Of a stretch of 64,000 bases of DNA, positions 1-12,600 are shown piece by piece. The stretch's first letter is position 1; each line of letters begins with the position of its first letter. The translations under genes and the position numbers were made by a program. The DNA comes from a virus. The DNA lies in the IMG/VR virus record IMGVR_UViG_3300045988_059857, positions 4,514 through 68,513 of that record; one strand, given 5' to 3'. The notes under the pieces are model-generated. The model saw nothing but the letters and a program-made list of their open reading frames with translations. It was not told the origin of the DNA and made no database searches.

Positions 1-430
1 CGACATAAGCATATATAATTAAAATGAGTGTAATCAGGAACATATCACAATAGTACATCTCGTTTGTGATAACGATGGAACCATACATAATGTGTATTAC
101 GTTGACTCCTGCTGTATATAAGAGCGGTATTCTCCACTCCACGCACAATCTGTGAAGTACCTGACCTTTCCAAAGAGAAATCGGGTAAAGAATGTAAGTG
201 ATGAAGTAGAAGAACCAGATAGGTTCCTCATTCTCTTCGTACCATAGTGTTATCTCCATTTTGTTGTCATAGAACTGAGATATACCATACCATCTAAAAA
301 GCATGACCAATATAGGGGCATACTTGAAATAGAGTAAATCCGTCTTAATCTTGCTGCGTTCAGGGAGAAGTTTTGTAATCTCTCCAATTAACTTCTTGAC
401 TCGTAGGTCTTCGTCTTCATATTGTTTCAT
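1..430 (-). CDS. hypothetical multi-pass membrane protein (N-terminus in window, 3' end beyond window edge)
   Basis: ATG at 428-430 on the minus strand. My translation is MKQYEDEDLRVKKLIGEITKLLPERSK..., followed by hydrophobic stretches (WFFYFITYILYPISLW, LITLILIIYAYV). It is absent from the supplied track because it is truncated by the window edge. Confidence 0.45.
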   Translation of the reverse strand, partial: MKQYEDEDLRVKKLIGEITKLLPERSKIKTDLLYFKYAPILVMLFRWYGISQFYDNKMEITLWYEENEEPIWFFYFITYILYPISLWKGQVLHRLCVEWRIPLLYTAGVNVIHIMYGSIVITNEMYYCDMFLITLILIIYAYV

Positions 431-513
431 AAGCCTTCATTTTTTAAGTTTATAATGATTTGATATTCTTTTGCTGATGTAATCACCTGAGATTCAGATA
501 TTCTTAGATGATG

Positions 514-521
514 CAAATATA
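514..521 (-). promoter_or_regulatory. Bacteroidota-type -7 box TATATTTG
   Basis: The reverse complement of caaatata matches TAnnTTTG. It lies about 85 nt upstream of the ATG at 430. Confidence 0.3.
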
Positions 522-641
522 AAAAGAAATAATTGGAACATAACAATTTAGGATATTTTTAATAGTTAAAATTCACAAATACTTACAGATTGATAAATTA
601 CTACAAGAAATAGAGGCAAAAAGTTTCAGATTGAAAGCAAT

Positions 642-674
642 TATCCCCCGAAAGCCTAGCACTTTCAGGGGATA
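642..674 (-). terminator. hairpin terminator downstream of the giant ORF
   Basis: The stem is 7 bp plus 5 bp with one C.A mismatch (tatcccc-c-gaaag / ctttc-a-ggggata) and a 7-nt loop. It starts 13 nt past the stop codon at 687-689 and is followed on the minus strand by a T-rich tract. Confidence 0.55.
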
Positions 675-686
675 GTCATATATGTA

Positions 687-3600
687 TTACTTCTCAGTCT
701 TCGCCTTCTGGTTAGCCACAACTACCTTGTTAGCATTTTCCAGCACGGCAAGAATCTTCTTTCTCAGTTCACGAATCTGTTTCATGTCCTCAGCGTTGTA
801 GGCATCCTTGCCATCATCCAAGAAACCTTTCTTCAACTCGGAAATCTCCTGCTTATCAAGGGAAATCTCGTCAATGGCATCAATGGCAGCCTTGTTGGTG
901 TTGTAGTAGCCATCGCTCTCATTTGGGGCATTATCTACAATAGCATCATATCTAGTCTTGAATGAGTTTAACTTTTCAAAGAGTTGTTTCAGCTTCATAT
1001 CCTCAAACTCATCCATAGGGGTAGCATGATTATTATAGATGTCCTCAGCATTAAGTTGGTGTGGTCTGTACTCATCACCGCTCTCCTCCGCACGTTCCTT
1101 CTTTCTTGCCTCATTGTAATCTTTTACATCTTTCTCATACAACTTGTAAGTCTTGTATTCCTCAGAGCCATAGAAACGTTCAAGCAGGGAATAATCGCCA
1201 TCAATCTTAGCTTGTTTCTTCAACTTGCTAATTGTGTTGGAAGCACGGTCGTAGTATTCCTTCTTATCCCAGAACTCATCTCCCTGCTTTTTGCTGACTG
1301 GTCTATCATCAGGGTTGCTGACAAACTTGCTTACCAATGGAATATCAGCAACCTTGATTTCCTTCCGGTCATTTAGCGACTTGGTAAGCAAACCGAGTAC
1401 CTGGCTGCCCATGGTGTAAGCACCACCGAGATAAGAAGACAAAACATGGTCAACCACGGCAGGGTTATTCAGGTTGTATCTTGGGTTACCCAAAGCATCC
1501 CATTTGTTCTGCTGCACATCAGGATAGTCGTTTCCGATTGAGTTAACCATCCTAGATGCACGTACCAACCAATCAGGAGTGCCCACGTATGCCTTGGTAA
1601 AGTTAGGGTCATACTTGTTATACTCTGTGTCCTTGAATAATGGCTTGCCAGTGAAGTCAACATTAAAAGCCAACTCAAAAACTGGGCGAATAGCATTCGG
1701 CATCAGACTGACTGCAATATTTCCGTCATATCCAGTAGGGTCGAGCGGAAGCATATCCACCACCTGACCGAGCAAGTCTTCTGCATACTGGCTCCAACTT
1801 TCCTCAGCCAACTCTCCACCCATCATCTTGGATGCAATCATATCGCCTACTCCATAGAAGGCACGGAACTCCTGAGCAAGCGGAATCTTCACATACTCAT
1901 GAGTAAACGGAACCCACATAATCAGGTTGTTTCGTCTATCCCACTTGGTGAACTGCCAGTACTTATCCTTATCATCATCACCGCCCAACAGACTCATCAG
2001 GGCAGCGTTGACGATAGGAACCAGCACACCACTCGCCAACCACGATGCAGTAACAGCCGTGAACTTGAACGGATGATGTTTGGCAAGCGCACCCAATGTC
2101 TGTAAACTCTGTACTGCTGGGTTGATGAAGAGATAGAGGTTTCTAATCATCTGCCAGCCATATTCGCCAGTACCCTTGCGGTTGAAGTTCAATGTTACGT
2201 CCTTGGCATCATTCACAGCCTCATCAATAGAACGTCCATACTGAATAGAGGTCATGTAAACCGCAAATCGGTTACTATCCTCAATCATTCTGTTCAGGAA
2301 CTCGATACTATCCATGATGGTGTGCCCTACCTTTACTGGGTTCGCCTTCCATCTATCCAAATCCTTCAAGTCATTCTTGAATTTCTTCTTCAAGTCTTCC
2401 ACATCAAGCGAAGAGACAAAGCCAGTTTCGCCACCATTCATCATGAAGTCATAGAACATCTGTTCCTTTGGAGTAGCGTTTCCGTTGTTTACCTTATCTC
2501 TCAACTTGCCGTTCTGATAGTCTCTCAGCATGAAACCGAGATTCCAAGAGGTAGCAAGATTCTTTCTTAGCAGATAGTTGTATCTGCCATCCTCACGAAT
2601 AGCGGTAGATGCCAGCGTCATGGTCAGGTCTCGGAAGTAGTTGGAAGGAATGAAGAGAGGTGAAAGACTGGTATAGGCAGCAGCCATCTTTCTGCCCAAC
2701 CAAGCAGCAGCCCTATCCAGTTTGCCGCTCTGAATCTCTCTCACTCGGTGTGCTCTAGTATTGTTCATCGCCTGAGCCAACTGCGGGTCACCATTCACAT
2801 AGATAACATACTCCTCGCCATCCTTCATCACTCTTACCTCATGTTCTCTCTCCTCGCTATGAGTCTGAGGATAGGCTATGTTCAAGCCTTCTCGCTGCTG
2901 GGTAGCATCGCCAGTCTGAGCCATATTCTCCATCTTCTGCTCGAAAGCATCAATGGTAGCCTTCACCTGATTGCTATTCATCTGAGAAGTAATCTGAGGT
3001 GTAGCAGGAATCCACTCCTCGTTGCCGTTGGCATCCGTACTCTTCACGTACCAAGCCTTGCTCAGGGTGAGAAGAGAGGTTGGATGATTCTGAGCCAAGA
3101 GCATCAGGTGTTGCTTCACCCAGTTCTTGTTGTTCAGCAGGATTCCACTCTCTGCCATATTCTCGATGTAAGCGATAGGGTCATCAGCTATAGAGGTACG
3201 TCCGTGTGCGGTCTTCAATGTCTGATTGAACGCACCCTTGCCACCACCTACATAGTCCCATACTTGGTCGGCAGTAGTGCCATCCCATCCACGGAGAGGA
3301 ATATAATGGCTATACATATCACGCACATACAGATAAGTATCTTTGCTCATCATGCCAGCCTTATAGCCATCACGGAGAATCTTCTTTGTAGCCGCATTCG
3401 TAGCATTCCAGAGGTCTTGCACCTCAGCTACATGACTACTCTCAATATCCCTTACCAGTTTGTGGGCAGCTTCCTCAAAGTCTGAGCCACCGAAGAGAGC
3501 CGATAAGCCTGAGTAATCGTAGGCGATACCATTCTCATCATAGCGATAGTCCATATAGGAAGGAGAGTATTTCGTTCTAAGTGCGTTATCTCTCTGTCTC

Positions 3601-6600
3601 CAAGTATTGAAATCCACTCTGCCAAACTCCAAATCGCTATCATTGGTAATACGGTTCATATCGCCCTTGTAAGCCCTGTATGCCGCACTTCTCTGAGCCA
3701 CGTCCTCAAAGTCTGCATCCAGTGACTTCTTGAAAGCCATCTGAGCATCACGCTCCAAGCCATGCTTAGCCATCATGTAGATACGGACATTATCATAGCT
3801 GTCACCCAGTATCTTCTTCATCTGATGATAAGCCTTTCTCAATGGCTGCAAGAACTCATTGTTGTACTCCTCAAACTCGTTCTTTCCTTTGCCGTGACTT
3901 CTGTTCTCGGCAGTATAGGCATCCTCAGCCATATTCAGGCGGTCAACACCCACTTCCTTCATGATAGCTTCCTGAGCCTTGCGGATAGCCAGCATACTAT
4001 CTTGGAAGGCGATACGTTTGAGTACAGAACCACGCTGCAACTCTCGGTTAAACTCTCCAAGGGCAGTATCATCACTCAAAAGATGCTGCTCGTAGGTTGG
4101 AGCAGTCTTCCACAGAGCCATCTGTTTGCGATACTCGTCCACTCTCTTCAGGAAGTCAACGGCACTCTCACCAGCGTTGCGTTGTGGGATGGTTGGTCGC
4201 TGTGCATCCTTTGGCAGGTTGTTATCCTTCTTCCACTGGTTCAGGTCATGCTCAAACTGGTCATAGCGCAAGGAGAATCTGGTATTACCCACGATATTGG
4301 CATTGTTCTCATCGAATATCACGTAGTTGTAATCATCTTTCTTTGCACCTCCAAAGATGGTTCCAGCAGGGTATTTAATACCAACAAAGCCAGCATCACT
4401 TAACAACTTACTAGCTGCTTCTTTAGAACCAAGCATAGAGGAAAGTTCATCGTATAGGTCTTGACCTCTTACCTTACCATCAACACGACTTGGATAAATG
4501 GCCTCAATAGGTTCCTTGCCAATTCTAACCAACTCCTTATTTACCTTGTTCAAATGAGATTTTTTCAATTTATTCTCCCAGTCAAGATAATCTCCATTAT
4601 CATCAGGAATATCCACATCGTAAAGATAAGCAATATCATCAGGAACAGCTATTTCCTCATTCTTCTTTGCAAGAATATCGCTAAGTTCCTTCAAATTATC
4701 ATCATCAGGGAACATTTCTAGAGCAGAAGAAAGGTCTTTTCTCATAGCATCCAATCCCTTATCTACATCTTTATATTTATAGATATAGTGTCTTACCATA
4801 TCTTTGTTATTGGCAGACATATCTGTCACAAATTCAAAACCGCCATTATCTTTCCTTATCTTGGCACGTCTTGTGTAGTCCTCAGCAATATCCTTAGAGT
4901 TGGTAACATAACCACCCCAGCCAAATGCTTGTGAACCTTCGCCTTCACCCATGTGGCTAAAATCGAACTTGTCGAAGCTAGCACCAGTACCATGATAGGT
5001 ACGGATGCTAAACTTAGGGTCAGAGCCAGTAAGCAGAGGAGCAATAACATGCTCGGTCAACTGGGTAGGTATTCCGTTGCCGATGATGGTATGGCTCAGA
5101 TTCTCGGAGAATGGCATCTTGTAATCATCGCTCACTCCTGATACTCTAGCGAGCACTCTTCCCATGGCACGATATACCTTGCCGTCAGGCATCACAATCA
5201 CGTCACCGCTCTTGGTTCTAAGTGTTGGCAGCAGTTCGTCAGCGAAAGCATGAGGAATCTTGCCGTCAGCGTAGGCACTACCCATCACATATAATGGCTT
5301 ATCAATGTTTCGCCAGTCAATACCATCAGCCTTCAAGCGGACATCCATCCAATTAGCAACACCATTCTTCTTCTCGGTTAGGGTCGGGATAATATCAGCC
5401 ACAGCTTCATACCATCCGCTCTTGTGTTCCATCTTCTTTGGCTTAGCAGGGAGTTTACCATCACGAACAGCACGGGCAATCAATCTCTCTCGGTTAGTAT
5501 ATCCGCCAAAGTCAGCAGCGTTATAGACATCTGCATCCCAAGTATATCCGTTGGCATCAAGCGCATCCGTGATAGTCTTCATGGCATCCGAATCCTTATA
5601 TCCCTTCACATTCTCAATAGTCACCACCTTTGGCTTAACCGAATTGATAAACTCCGCTGTACTAGCAGCAGTCTCCTTGTCAAGTTCAACCTCGGCATGG
5701 TTATTCTTCGCCTGAGAGTAGTTCTTGCAGACTGGGCTAGCATGGAAATACTCCACCTCGCCATCAATCTGCTTAACCAATTCCTTAGGGTCAACGTCAC
5801 GGACATCAGCAGTAACGATGTGCTGCCCGAAGTTGTTGCGATAAACACCGCTTATCTTCTCGTCATACTCCACAGCTACCACTGGGTCGATGATACCCTT
5901 CAAGCCTTCCTCAACAAGACCGCCACCGCTAAAGTAGGTTCCAGCCTTAATGAGAGTGCCATCAAGGTTCTTCAATGAGAACTTAGGGTCACGCTCAATA
6001 GCTTCTGCAATATGTATAGCCTTTTTGTTGGCTCGTTTCCATCCCTCTGGTTTCGCCATCATAGATTTCAGAGAGAAACGGATGTCATTATTGTCGGCAG
6101 AGAAATCGCCATTGTTATTCTCGGCAGACTTGATTTGGTTAGATTTGAACACAACGTAATCATCCGTTGTATATTGCATCGAACCGTAATCAACACCATC
6201 TTTGATGTTTTTGAAGATAACTCCATCATATCCATTCTCCTCTGCCCAGTTAGCCCAATCGTATGTGTCCATCGTTTTCCCATCATGTTTAATAGAATTG
6301 TACAAGCTTCCCTTACAATCTATAACAAGTGGATTCTTTGCACTCAGATATACAGCATAGTTATTATAACCATACTCATAGGCATTATCCTCACTACTAT
6401 TAAAGAACAGACCACTATTAGGAAGTCCATCTACCTCTCTTTTGAACACCGTAAACGGCTCATGAGACGTATCATACATTTTAGTCTTTTCATTCCATAC
6501 GCTTGTAGTTTCATCATTTGTTGTTCCATGATAAGCTACAAGAGGTTCACCATTCTCATCTACCACCTTGGAAGCATTCTCAGGGTCATTCTCCCAGTCT

Positions 6601-9600
6601 CCGAACCAGTTCTTGAAGTTGGTAGTACGGACGGTTGCCCATTGTTCTGCATCCAGTTTGGTTTTCTCACCATTAGGAGCTATCATGTATGTTCCGTTTG
6701 CCTTGGCATCAGCCACAATCTTCTCCTTCTCATCTTTCAGCGAGAAGCGGATATTGTCGCTACTATTGATAGCTTCATTGAAGGCACGACTGCGGTCACC
6801 ATCCTTTTTCGGGTCGTAGTCATACATTGGCAAGCCAGCATCCGATATACCCTTACGTACATCATCGCCCAAATTGTTTGGAACTACAGCAGCAGCAAAC
6901 TCGTTGAGACGGAGAGGTCTGTTGTACTTAGTCTCAAAGTACGCACTCTTCAACTCTGTCTGTACTGCATTCTTCAAGGCATCCAGTTTCTTCATAAAGG
7001 TAGGAGTAAGGGTAATGCCATATTCTTTCTTGGCATACTTCTTAGGGTCAGACTGCAATACAATATCGTGAAGTCTCTGCTCGCCATAAAACACATCATT
7101 ATACAAGAACTTGGCAAGGTCATAATAAACCCCATTCCATTTCTCGTAAAACTCTTCCTTATCCTTATTAGAAGACAACTTATCCTTGTTGGCACGCATT
7201 TCGTCTGTAGAATCAACACGACTAGCCAACTTTGCGATAAAGCTACCAAACGAGGTATATTCACTTCCATTGGTCTGCCCATCTGCTTCTTCCCTCATAG
7301 CCTTTGAAACATTTTCAAGAGTCTCAGGCACATACTTTCGGGAACCATCCTTAGTATAGCCACGGAAGATACGGTTCTTCGTTCCGAACTCATCCAGTTT
7401 GTTCTCCTGCCATCTGATGTAATCATCATAAAGACCATTCTTGTTGACGTAATTACTAGCCTTCACCTTAGACAGATAGAAGTCATACTTCTTGGTATCG
7501 TTGTGCTCCTTCACAATATCCCCAACAACCTTCTTCACATCTTTTTTTCTTGGACTGCCGTCCTTGTTAAGCAAGGTTGGCGCATAGTCACGCTCAAAGA
7601 TTTCCTTAGTCTGTTTTCTTACTTGTGGATTGATAGGGCTAGCCTTAACGCCAGTCTCCTTATACATCTTTCTTCTTACCTCCAAAGAAACCTTTTCCCA
7701 AGTAGGATGGATGATGGCATGCTTAGCCAGACTTGTAACCTTTTTATTCAGTTCAGGGTCAGTCTTCATACTATTCAGAATATCCTCAGCAGTAGGATGG
7801 TCACTGATAATCTCTTTCCAGCGATAATCAATTCTAGAATCATACTCCTTAATATCAATACCCTTTTCCTTCAAGTACATCAACTCCCAAGCAGGAGCAT
7901 TATTGTCGCTCAGGGCATCCTTTGCCTGTCTCTCAATCTCAGCCTTAGCTCCACTTGGGTAATCAAGGCTATCAACCCAGTCTTCAAACTTCCGATACCC
8001 TTTTTCACTCATTTCTCGCTCTACGGAAGGATAACGTTGAGTGTAGGCATCAGTTATCCAAGTACCGCCAGTATTGCCAGTACGCTTATCCAAAAGGGCA
8101 GAAGGAGCGATGAAGGAAATCTCTCCAAAGTTGTCGTGAGCAGTCTTGTTGGTATCAATCACAGCCAAAGAAGGATTGGCAAATCCACCCAGCTTCAAAG
8201 CCTTTCTCAGTTTCTCCTCAGTAATGTTATGCACTCCTGCAAGAGTTTTTTCATCCTTCAATGAAAACTTTTCGCCATTTTTCTTGGTAGTTTCAAAACC
8301 TTTTATTATCTTTGCAACCGTAATAGAGTTGTTGGAATTGCGGGGAGAGGTCATAGCTACGTCTCCACTTTGACCGTCCAGCAGCTCTATTTTTGTTGCT
8401 TCATAGCTATATAGCTTTGTTTTTTCGTGTGTTCTTACATTCTCTTTCAAAGTAATCTTTACACCATAGACCTTATCGCCTATATTCACCGCACCATAAC
8501 AACGATGTATCATAACATCAGGATTGACACCAAAATCCTCACTACGTTCATTTCCTACCTTGTTACGGTCAACATGCTGAATAGCATCTACACTCTCACG
8601 AAGTATAGAAGGCAAGACCTTCAAAACGCTCATGTGTACATCTTTGTTTGCACTCTTCTTAACTGCCTTTTCAGACAAATACTTACCAACAGCAGTATTA
8701 CTGATATTAATCTCACCCTTGCCACCAGTTTCTTCATCATTGTAAGTTCTAACAATATTCTTCTTAGCCCATTCTCTTGCCTCAGCATAGTTCTTAAAGC
8801 CATGTTCCTCATCAGCATCAACAATATTTACAGGAGTATTTGCTATCTCAGGAGTCAAGCCATCTTTCTTCAACGAGAACTTGGTATGACTGGTAATCTG
8901 AGCATTGTTCTCATCAAAGATAACATAGTTCATCTTGCCTTCCTTGTTGCCGCCAGTATTACGCTGAGCGATAACCTTCACACCGACAAAGCCAGCCTTG
9001 GAGAGAAATTCGCTTGCAGCCTTGTCGCTACCTAGGGCATTCGTCAAATCTCTATAAAGTTCCTTGCCAGTAGTCAAAGTTGGTTCAAGCCAAACCTCAT
9101 GTTCGTTACCATCAATCTTGTAAGTATCATACATACCAACCTTCTTGTACTCCCAGCCATCAGCCTTGAATACCTTTGGCAGACGCATAATCTTAGCAGC
9201 ACCTAAAGGCTCATCCCAGCCGATGTAGTTGCGACCAGTATCATCAGGAATATCAACAGAGTAGAGGTTGCGTGGTTTCTCCATGGAATCCAACTTCTTC
9301 TGCAAAGCGTCAACCTTAGTTTTTACATCTTTGATGTCACTTTCCTTAGTTTTTATACTCTGCTTATATCTTTTAACCTGTTCGCTATAATACTCAACAT
9401 CAGATTCATACATATCAACACCTAAACCAGTGCCACTTTCCTTTGCCTTTGAAAGTTCTTCCTTAGCCTCATCAAGTCTTGATTGGTACAAATCTACATA
9501 GGATTTTGCATCTTTCAACTCATCCTCCAATAAATCAAGACCAGACTTTGTATCTATCAAATCCTGTGCGACAGTATCATAGTCCTCATTAATCTTGAAG

Positions 9601-12600
9601 TCAGAAGGATTCAAATCTTTCAAAACTTTCAACTCATCTTGAACTTGTTTGGCTTTCATCTTCGCAAATGGGGTGTCGCCAACGGATGCAAGTTTCTTCT
9701 CATCAGCATCTATCATCTTTGATATAGCCTCTTTTGCGGAAATATTAAACTTATCCATATCAAGGGCAACTTGATAGATAATTGATGGAGTTTTATACGT
9801 CATAGGCTTACCTTGATACATCAGTCTTGAAGGCGCATTCTTTTTTGCATTTGCCTTGGCATAAGCCTTGGCGATACCTTCCACTTCGCTCACATAAGTA
9901 CCCCAGCCGTAAGCCTGAGCACCTTCACCGCTACCCATAAAGGAGTGGTCGAACTTGTCAAATGATGCTTGGGAGCCATGATAGGTCTTGATGGAGAACT
10001 TGGTATGTTCTGTAATCTTCATATCCTCAGGTTTGAAGATAACATAGTTGATTTCGTCTCCTTCAACACCGCCCATGATTGTTCCAGCAGGGTACTTGAT
10101 GCCAGTAAAACCAAGAGAAGATAGGAACTGGCTTGCAGCCTTTTGACTGCCCATCCATCTAGATAAACGATTGTACACAAATCGTATATCATCCTCAACA
10201 TTTCCATTGTCATAGGTAGTTTCCCTAGTTAGAGCATGAGTCTTCACAAGGAGTGGAATCATCTGCTCCTTGTCTGCATTCTTGATGTAATCATACAACA
10301 GAGTTCTGAACACAATATCCTTTGATGCCATATCATCAAGGGTCTTAGCATCCAAGCCATAAAGACCTTCAATTATCTTTGTTGCAACCTCATCAGATGG
10401 TTTCTTCTCCCATTCCAGATAGTTACTGCCATTATCCTCAGGAATATCTACCTCATAGAGGTTCTTTCCACTTGGAACGAAATCATCCCAAGAGATACTA
10501 TCCAGTTTAGGCATAGCACCCTCCAATACTTCAATTCTCTTCTTGATACTATTAGAAAGAGGATTGTTCGGATGCTTAGCAATCAATGCCTTTTGTCGCT
10601 CGATAGAACCAGCAACACCTTCCTTGAATGTCCCTTCATGATTCTTGTTGTTCTCAATGAATGAACTCAAAGCAGCCTTTTCCAACTTGGTCAACGGAAT
10701 ATCGCCCTTATATATGTTTCTGCTGCCATAATCTCTTGAAAGATTAGCATAGCTTTTTCCTATCTCTTCCGATGAAGTAACGTAGCCACCCCAACCGAAT
10801 ACTTGGGAGCCAGCACCCTCACCCATGTGGTCGAAGTCAAACTCTGTAAAGTCAGCACCGCTACCATGATATACCTTTAACGAGAACTTAGGAGCATCAG
10901 CTATCTCCTGATTGATGCTGTTCACAACATCATCAGTAACAATATCGCCCTCCTGAATCTGCTGAGGTTCACGACCAGCATTCTTCACAAGTTCCGCTTG
11001 CTCTGCTCTGGTCAAGATACGGTTCACCTTCATCGCACCAGTAATCACCCAAGGGTCAGTCTCAGGGTTCGGGTTTGTACGATACATATAGAAACCATCA
11101 GTAGGCAGATGTTTCAAGCCAGCGAGTGAATGCTGATACTTGCCCGATGGATTGATACCCTCTTGGCGAGCTTCCTCCTGATAATCAACGTCAGCAGCAT
11201 ACTCCACCTCAGCGAAGACAAAGTTCTTAGGGAAGAGAGTCTTGTTGCCCTCAGCATCCTTGCGGTTAAACTGGATAGCATAAGGCACTACACCAAGATG
11301 CCAGCCTGGTCTATAGGCTAACTTACCGCTACCGCCTTGTGTTCCCTTGCCGCCCTGCTTAACCTGAGGTCTTCCAGTCTTGCTTTCTCCTGCAATAGGA
11401 GCCGCATCAGCATCGAGCCACACACCAACTGGAGTAGCAGCACCATTAGGGTTCGATACCATAGGTGGATAGAGTTTGCCATCCTTCAATACGAACACCT
11501 TGTAGCCGATGCCCTTCTTCTTAGGTTCAGGCTTTTGACGGAGAGAGAAGGAAACATCTTCACCAGTCTCGGAGTTTGTCACTTCCCCATTGGCAGTCTT
11601 CACGTAGGCTTGTTCAATGGAGCGGATGATGTTCTTGGTCACATCGCTATACTCTGTACCATAGAAAGCCAACTTAATCTTCAGCAATATCTCATGGATA
11701 GCAGCGAGCAGAGGATGGGACATCTTCATAGCGAGAGTGTGAGCTAAGTTGATGTCACGAATCATTTCGCCTACCGCATCAGCAACAACCTCCTCAGCAT
11801 AGTAATCTCTAGCACGTCCAGAGAATCCAGCATCAGAATATCTCTTCATAGTCTCATCTACCGCCTTGTCGAAGGCATCAGAGCCATAAGAATCAATCAC
11901 AAGCTGAGTCAACTCATTGTATGCAGCAGGGTTCAGGTTCTTGATTTGGTGAGTCATTTCGTGACCGAAGATAAACTGAGCACCTTCCGTGATAGAAGAG
12001 TCAAGAGTGATGAAGATTGTACGATGAACGTTGCCATCGGCATCCTTGGTTTCCTGAATCCAGCCGTTGCCCAACTTATCAGAGTACTGCCATTGAATGT
12101 TAGCACCCATCATCTTAGCCAGTCTCTCGAAAGCCTTGCGAGTCTTCTCGCCCACGATATTGTCAACGACCTTCATATCATCCACCTTATTCTTCTCTAC
12201 GTCAGCAGCACGCTCGGCAGTTGTCTGCTGCTTGCCATTCTCCTTAGCAGAGAAAGGAAGGTCTTCCTCAGGTCTCTGCTCACCGAACACCTTATTCTGC
12301 TCCTCTACCTTCTTGTCAACAAACTCCTTGAACTCTCTAGCAGTATCGCCATCATAGAACATTGCACCTTGTGTCTGCTCATTATCCATATCAGCAGAGT
12401 GTTTAAGGTCACGACCAACATTAAACTCCTCATGCAGCTTCCATAGTTGGTCAAAACCTTGCACGTTATCAGGGAAATAAACTACCTGATTGATAGACTC
12501 ACCCCTATCAGGAACCAACGTACCGACACCGAATCCATCCTTACACATAATAAACAAGTCAGCATAGTTATTCCACTTAGATGTAGGGTCTATCTCTAAG

